A stretch of DNA of 63,283 nt, the filler included, from Anaerolineae bacterium (lineage in GTDB: Bacteria > Chloroflexota > Anaerolineae > Epilineales > Epilineaceae), in assembly GCA_029262755.1 (NCBI GenBank). It is 4 parts of 4 records of this genome, joined end to end, with 100 filler letters (N's around TTAATTAATTAA, not from the genome) between each part and the next. Parts side by side here need not be neighbours in the genome. Positions count along the whole stretch, not along the records: positions 58,200 to 63,283 come from JAJCYU010000310.1; 3 more parts are not named here. One strand, 5' to 3'. Below, piece after piece: positions 59,011 to 63,283 of the stretch (position 1 is the first letter of the stretch; each line of letters starts with the position of its first letter). The notes below the pieces were generated by a model, which worked only from the letters and a program-made list of their open reading frames with translations, ran no database searches and was not told the origin of the DNA. The position numbers were made by a program, and so were the translations under genes.

Positions 59011-60621
59011 CTACTCGCCCCGCATCAGCGCCGGAAGGTAGATCCGATGGACCTCGTCCTGGGCCTCCGCCGTGGCCGTCGATGTAGAGATCGGCGTTGG
59101 CGTCGCGGTCGCCACAGATGTCGCCACCGCTGTCGACGTCGCCTCCGCTCCGACCGGCCGCTTACCCGCGACGAAGAAGCGGTTGCGCAGCCACACTACG
59201 CCCGGCTCGACGGGATCGTCGATGAACGTGATCTCGCCGAGACCAGGCGCGTTGAAGGTGCCCGGGCCTGCGTTGACCCAGCGCCCGCAGTCTTGGCCAA
59301 GCATCTCGACGCGGTCCTCCTCGCCCTCTCGGATCAAGCGCATTTGCAGATTGCCGCCTCCCGGCCGCGTGATCTCGAAGTTCCATGACACGCCGGAATT
59401 CACGCTGCCCTCGTAGGTGCCGACGAAGTCATTCCATCGCTCGCGGTCGAGGCGACAGGGGGTGGAGCGATCCGGGCCGCGCGGGACGTAGGCACGCAAC
59501 GCGCAGGCGGTTGCGCTCTGAAGCAGGCCACCGCCGTTGGTCGTGGTCGCGACGGCAACACCCGCCTCGGGAATCCACTTCATCGTGGCGGTCCAGCCCC
59601 AGGCGCCGCCGTCGTGGTGGACCATCTCGTTGCCGTCAAAGTACTCCACGAAGGTGCCGAGGCCGTAATACTGGTCTGCGCGCAGGTCGCGGTGCCGCTG
59701 ACGGGTGGTCATCGCCTGTACCGAGTCGGCGGAGAGCAGCGCGCGTCCACCGTCCATCATCAGCGCGGCGAATCGAACGAGGTCGCCCGCGGTCGCGTTG
59801 GCGTAGCCCGTAGGATGGCGCGCCCAGTTGTTCGCTTCGTCGAGCGTGAAGATCTCGAGCATGCCGGAGAAGGGGCTGTTGTAGTGCCCGTAGGCAAAGT
59901 TGCCACGCGCCACGCCCTCGGCCGCATGCATCGTCGTGTTCGTCATGCCGGCCGGCTCAAACACACGGTCGTCCATGTAGTTCGGATAGGTCTCGCCTGT
60001 GATGCGCTCGAGGATCTGCCCGGCATACATGTAGTTGGCGCTGGAGTAGTTCCAGAAGCGCCCGGGCGGCGCGTAGGGCTGCTGCCCGCGCTGCCGGTCC
60101 ACCCAGGCGCGCATGGCGCCCGGCTCCTGTGTGCCCCAGAAGTCCGCCTCGCTCATGGCCGACGTATCGTGCAGGCCACTCGAATGGGTCAAGAGGTGCC
60201 GCGTGGTGATCGCCTCGGCTTGGCCCGGCTCCGCCAACGCGAAGTCGTCGAGGTACGTGGTGATCGGCAGGTCGAGATCGAGTCGTCCCTGCTCCACCAA
60301 CTGCATCAGGGCGAGGGCGGTCAACGTTTTGGTCGTCGAGCCAATCCGAAACATCGTCCCGGTATCCACCAGATCCGGACGGTCGCGGTGCTTCCGGCCG
60401 AAGCCGCGCTCGTAGAGCATCACGCCGCCGCGCATGACGGCGATCTGCGCTCCGACCGTGCCGCGGCTGGCCATCTCGTCCTGCATGCAGGTCGTGATCC
60501 GCGCCGCCGGGTCGGTTTGGGCGCGCACGGCGGGGGCAGCGAGGCTCGCGCCCATGCTCGTGGCGAGCGCGGTGATTACCGAGAGCTGAAGCAGGAATCC
60601 GGCAAGGCGTCCGGAAATCAC
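59011..60621 (-). CDS. Exported serine hydrolase (beta-lactamase class C / peptidase S12-like) with IYLP tail
   Basis: FRIGSTTK (SxxK), LLTHSSGL, WNYSSANY and HDGG; ends RIYLPALMRGE. Confidence 0.92.
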   Translation of the reverse strand: MISGRLAGFLLQLSVITALATSMGASLAAPAVRAQTDPAARITTCMQDEMASRGTVGAQIAVMRGGVMLYERGFGRKHRDRPDLVDTGTMFRIGSTTKTLTALALMQLVEQGRLDLDLPITTYLDDFALAEPGQAEAITTRHLLTHSSGLHDTSAMSEADFWGTQEPGAMRAWVDRQRGQQPYAPPGRFWNYSSANYMYAGQILERITGETYPNYMDDRVFEPAGMTNTTMHAAEGVARGNFAYGHYNSPFSGMLEIFTLDEANNWARHPTGYANATAGDLVRFAALMMDGGRALLSADSVQAMTTRQRHRDLRADQYYGLGTFVEYFDGNEMVHHDGGAWGWTATMKWIPEAGVAVATTTNGGGLLQSATACALRAYVPRGPDRSTPCRLDRERWNDFVGTYEGSVNSGVSWNFEITRPGGGNLQMRLIREGEEDRVEMLGQDCGRWVNAGPGTFNAPGLGEITFIDDPVEPGVVWLRNRFFVAGKRPVGAEATSTAVATSVATATPTPISTSTATAEAQDEVHRIYLPALMRGE

Positions 60622-62423
60622 AGGCGAATCCTTTCACGTCGCAACAGGCCCATGATCAACGAATCCGTCGTTTCGCCCGCCACGGTCCAGCGCTCGCGGA
60701 GCAAGCCTTCACGCTGGAAGCCGAGCCGCTCCAGGGAGCGGAGCGAAGCAATGTTGCGTGGATCGAGATCGGCTTCCAGTCGGCCGAGGTCCATTCCGCC
60801 GGTGTCGAACGCGTAGTCCACGACGGCGGTCAGCGCTTCGTGCATGAGTCCCTTGCCCCAATCGGCGGAGCGTAGCGCGTAACCGATCTCGCCGCGACCG
60901 TTCTGCGCATCCAGGTGAAACAGGCTCACCGTGCCGATGACCGGCGCCTCCAGATGCGCCCGCAGCTCCAGCGCCCACCGCAGGCTCTCGCCCTGCGCGA
61001 AGGCCTCGAGCGCGCCGTGCAGCAACTCGGCGGCTTCGGCCTTCTCCTGCATCGGCGGCCGGCTCCAGTAGCGCATGACCGCGGGGTCGGAGAAGATCGC
61101 GAAGAGGTCGTCGACGTCGGGCTCGGCCAGCGCGCGCAAGGTCAGGCGCTCGGTCGTCAGCGTCGGGAACGTGGAAGGTATGAGCACGTCCGGCCGAGTC
61201 GGCGCATACGGTGCGCGATCCCCTTGCTCGCGACCCTCTTCTTCACGTTCGTCTCGCTCGCGTGCTTCTCGCTCGCGCGCCGGATGCGCGCCGGCCGGGC
61301 GTGCATCGATCGACAGCGGCGACCCTGCCGCGTCCCACACCGCCCCGACCGCGCGAAATTGCCGCGGGTGGCTGAGCACGTCCGTGTTGTCCACGAACTG
61401 ATCGATACCGCCCACGCCCGGCGGCAGGGCCCGCACCGCGGGGTCCGTGATCGCCGCCTCGAGCGCCTCGCCGATCGCCTCGCCGTGGATGACCAGGTAC
61501 GGACGGTCGTGGAAGGGCGAGACCGTCTCTCGTACGGCCGCGCTCAGGCCCAGCCCGTTCTGCCGCCGCGCGAGCTCCTCGAACGCCGCGCACAGGGACC
61601 GCTCCCTGTCCGCGACGGCACGCGCGTCGAGAACGCCCGCGAGATGCCGTTCAAGCGCCGATCCCTGCTCCTGCCGCGAGAAGGCGGTCCCCAGCCACTT
61701 CGTATAGGGCGCGTACTGTTTGGCCTGGAGCAACGCGAGTTGCATGGCCCAGCGCACGAGCCGCGCCGCCACCACACGCGAGCCCAGTTCGTCGCCTGCC
61801 TCCGCGGTCCGACCGACGAAGGGCTCCTCTTGGCCGACGAGGCGCCAGCCCGCGGCCAGCAGATAACGCCACACGTCGTCGGGGTACCAGGCGAGCGTGC
61901 GACGCATCGGCTCCAACGCTCCCAGCCCGTCGTGGAAGACCTCACCGCCGGTCAACGCGCGCAGGCGCTGCTGCGGGAAGCCGAGCCAGTCGCGCACGGT
62001 GAGCGGCCGGCTGAGGTCGACGCCGAGGTGATGCCTCATGGTCGAGGGCACGTGGAGCAACTTGATGTATGGCTTGAGGGGCCCGTCGCCCGGATCGGCC
62101 GCGAGGATGGTGCCGGGCTCGTCCGCAGCCGCCTCGAAGTGCGTGCCGTAGCCGCGAAACGTGCGGGGCAACGCCGCGGACAAGGCGGCCAGGATGGCAT
62201 CGCCGTGGGCCTCGCGATCCGCGGCCCGCAGGTAGAGGTCCACCCGCGGCCCCCAGTTGTGATCGCGGCTACGCGCGGTGTCGAAGCCCTGCACTTCGGA
62301 GCCCGGCCCCAACATCGCCGCCGAATGCGCTAGGTCCGGGAAGCGCCCATCGAGGATCGGGCGCACGGCTTCGCGGTAGTAGGCGCGAGAAAGCTCGATG
62401 CCGGGGATGAATGTGGGGGGCAT
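60618..62423 (-). CDS. DUF4037-domain protein fused to a RimJ/RimL-type GNAT acetyltransferase
   Basis: N-terminal GPGSEVQGFDTARSRDHNWGPR, TGGEVFHDGLG, WYPDDVW and YAPYTKWLG; C-terminal LTTERLTLR, EIGYAL..WGKGLM and NIASLRSLERLGFQREG. Confidence 0.85.
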   Translation of the reverse strand: MPPTFIPGIELSRAYYREAVRPILDGRFPDLAHSAAMLGPGSEVQGFDTARSRDHNWGPRVDLYLRAADREAHGDAILAALSAALPRTFRGYGTHFEAAADEPGTILAADPGDGPLKPYIKLLHVPSTMRHHLGVDLSRPLTVRDWLGFPQQRLRALTGGEVFHDGLGALEPMRRTLAWYPDDVWRYLLAAGWRLVGQEEPFVGRTAEAGDELGSRVVAARLVRWAMQLALLQAKQYAPYTKWLGTAFSRQEQGSALERHLAGVLDARAVADRERSLCAAFEELARRQNGLGLSAAVRETVSPFHDRPYLVIHGEAIGEALEAAITDPAVRALPPGVGGIDQFVDNTDVLSHPRQFRAVGAVWDAAGSPLSIDARPAGAHPAREREARERDEREEEGREQGDRAPYAPTRPDVLIPSTFPTLTTERLTLRALAEPDVDDLFAIFSDPAVMRYWSRPPMQEKAEAAELLHGALEAFAQGESLRWALELRAHLEAPVIGTVSLFHLDAQNGRGEIGYALRSADWGKGLMHEALTAVVDYAFDTGGMDLGRLEADLDPRNIASLRSLERLGFQREGLLRERWTVAGETTDSLIMGLLRRERIRL

Positions 62424-62432
62424 GGGGTGGCG

Positions 62433-62747
62433 CTACGCCACCTGAACGGGTTCGATGCGGTCAAGCTGTTCGCGATGCGCTTGCTCCGCTTCCCAGAGAT
62501 CCACCGCGCGCTGAGCGTTGAGCCAGAACTCAGGCGCATTGCCGAAGAGGCGTGCCAGCCGGAGAGCCATCGTTGGGCTCATCGCTCGCCGCTCGCGCAG
62601 GAGCTCGTGGACGGATTGGCGCGATACACCAAGGGCCGTGGCGAGCGCCGAGACCGTCAGGCCGTAGTCGGGTAGGAAGTCTTCGCGCAGCATTTCGCCC
62701 GGGTGGGTGGGCCGCACCTCGCGCCGACGGTGTCGTTGAATGCTCAT
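62433..62747 (-). CDS. higA: HigA-family antitoxin (XRE HTH)
   Basis: PTHPGEMLREDFL, LATALGVSRQSV and MALRLARLFGNAPEFWLNAQ. Confidence 0.93.
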   Translation of the reverse strand: MSIQRHRRREVRPTHPGEMLREDFLPDYGLTVSALATALGVSRQSVHELLRERRAMSPTMALRLARLFGNAPEFWLNAQRAVDLWEAEQAHREQLDRIEPVQVA

Positions 62748-62762
62748 GGGTTGCCTCGTGCC

Positions 62763-63045
62763 TTAGTGGTAGTCAGTGACCTCGACGTCATGGGCGTCGC
62801 CGTCCTCGAAGCGGAAACAAATGCGCCATTGTGTGTAGATTGCGATGGAGTGCTGCCCTTGGCGGGTCCGCCTTGAGGCCGTGGAGCCTATTGCCGGGAG
62901 GCACACGCAAGTCGTCTAATCGCGTTGCCAGATCGACCTACTCCAGCTTCCGAACCGCACGGCGCAGTATATCCGGCGGAAGTCGCCGCGATCGTCCCGT
63001 CCGAAACAGGCGCTCCGTGTGCTTGTCCGCGAACGAGTGAATCAT
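62763..63045 (-). pseudogene. higB: HigB/RelE-family toxin pseudogene (in-frame TAG plus 1-nt insertion)
   Basis: MIHSFADKHTERLF...AVRKLE*VDLATRLDDLRVPPGNRLHGLKAD; then, after one extra C, RQGQHSIAIYTQWRICFRFEDGDAHDVEVTDYH*. The TAG is at 62938-62940. Confidence 0.9.
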
Positions 63046-63051
63046 GGCTGA

Positions 63052-63080
63052 ATGGTAACGCGTCACGTGACGCGTTACAA
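63052..63080 (-). promoter_or_regulatory. Putative sigma70 promoter of higBA overlapped by a perfect 24-bp palindrome (probable HigA operator)
   Basis: Minus strand TTGTAA-N17-TACCAT-6 nt-ATG; palindrome GTAACGCGTCAC|GTGACGCGTTAC at 63055-63078. Confidence 0.8.
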
Positions 63081-63283
63081 GCGCAAACTCCCCCTTTGAC
63101 CGCCGGCAAACCGTGGCGGATCATGCCAAGCGTGCACACACGCCCAAGGGTCTAAGACAATTCCGAGCAGACCAAGCGGCCGTACAGGGACGAATCGCGC
63201 GCCCTATCATCCCGACATCGCCCGCGACCCCACCCTCCCGGTGATCCCCGCGCGCTACCAGCGCGTCGACGCCGCGCGCGAGC

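Noticed and set aside
59011..60621. Calling the gene ampC or a bona fide beta-lactam resistance gene
   Set aside because: The motifs only place it in the broad serine hydrolase/S12 family (YSS and HDG rather than YxN and KTG); the substrate is unknown.
62938..62940. In-frame TAG in higB as pyrrolysine or programmed read-through
   Set aside because: The gene also has an independent 1-nt frameshift and an altered INDQWR motif (IYTQWR), so decay is more parsimonious.

Overview
High-GC bacterial DNA (roughly 70% by eye). It is four contigs joined by three artificial 100-nt linkers (N44-TTAATTAATTAA-N44 at 13047-13146, 40538-40637 and 58100-58199), so adjacency across the linkers is not biological. 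The recurrent terminal [IV]-[YFW]-L-P-x(2-4)-R motif on exported proteins suggests Chloroflexota, probably Anaerolineae-like (inference). Contig 1 holds a two-component pair, a chelatase chlI/chlD-type gene split by an apparent +1 frameshift, an ECF sigma factor with a tandem-ZAS anti-sigma, a FecR-like protein, a YugP peptidase and propeller-vWA-vWA paralogues. Contig 2 holds BNR/SBBP propeller surface proteins, an SDR/QueA-like operon, a (GCCGGTC)13 microsatellite, a PolX-PHP lacking its third catalytic Asp, a large Ig-repeat protein, an OYE, an acyl-CoA dehydrogenase, an ABC-2 exporter, a CPBP protease and a DUF1501 fragment. Contig 3 has two >2000-aa adhesin-like proteins sharing a C-terminal cassette (GEVED, SdrD-B, Cys-DUF11, a 'PTAV/WETASE' domain and an LP tail). 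They are followed by an intact C25 gingipain/PorU-like cysteine peptidase and a third related exported protein. This locus is the best candidate for an undescribed surface-protein sorting system. Contig 4 has a secreted protein with four Cys-bracketed repeats, a serine hydrolase, a DUF4037-GNAT fusion, and intact higA beside a doubly inactivated higB that retains a perfect 24-bp operator palindrome. No rRNA, tRNA, CRISPR array or transposase was recognised. All family calls come from motif recognition by eye; no database searches were run.
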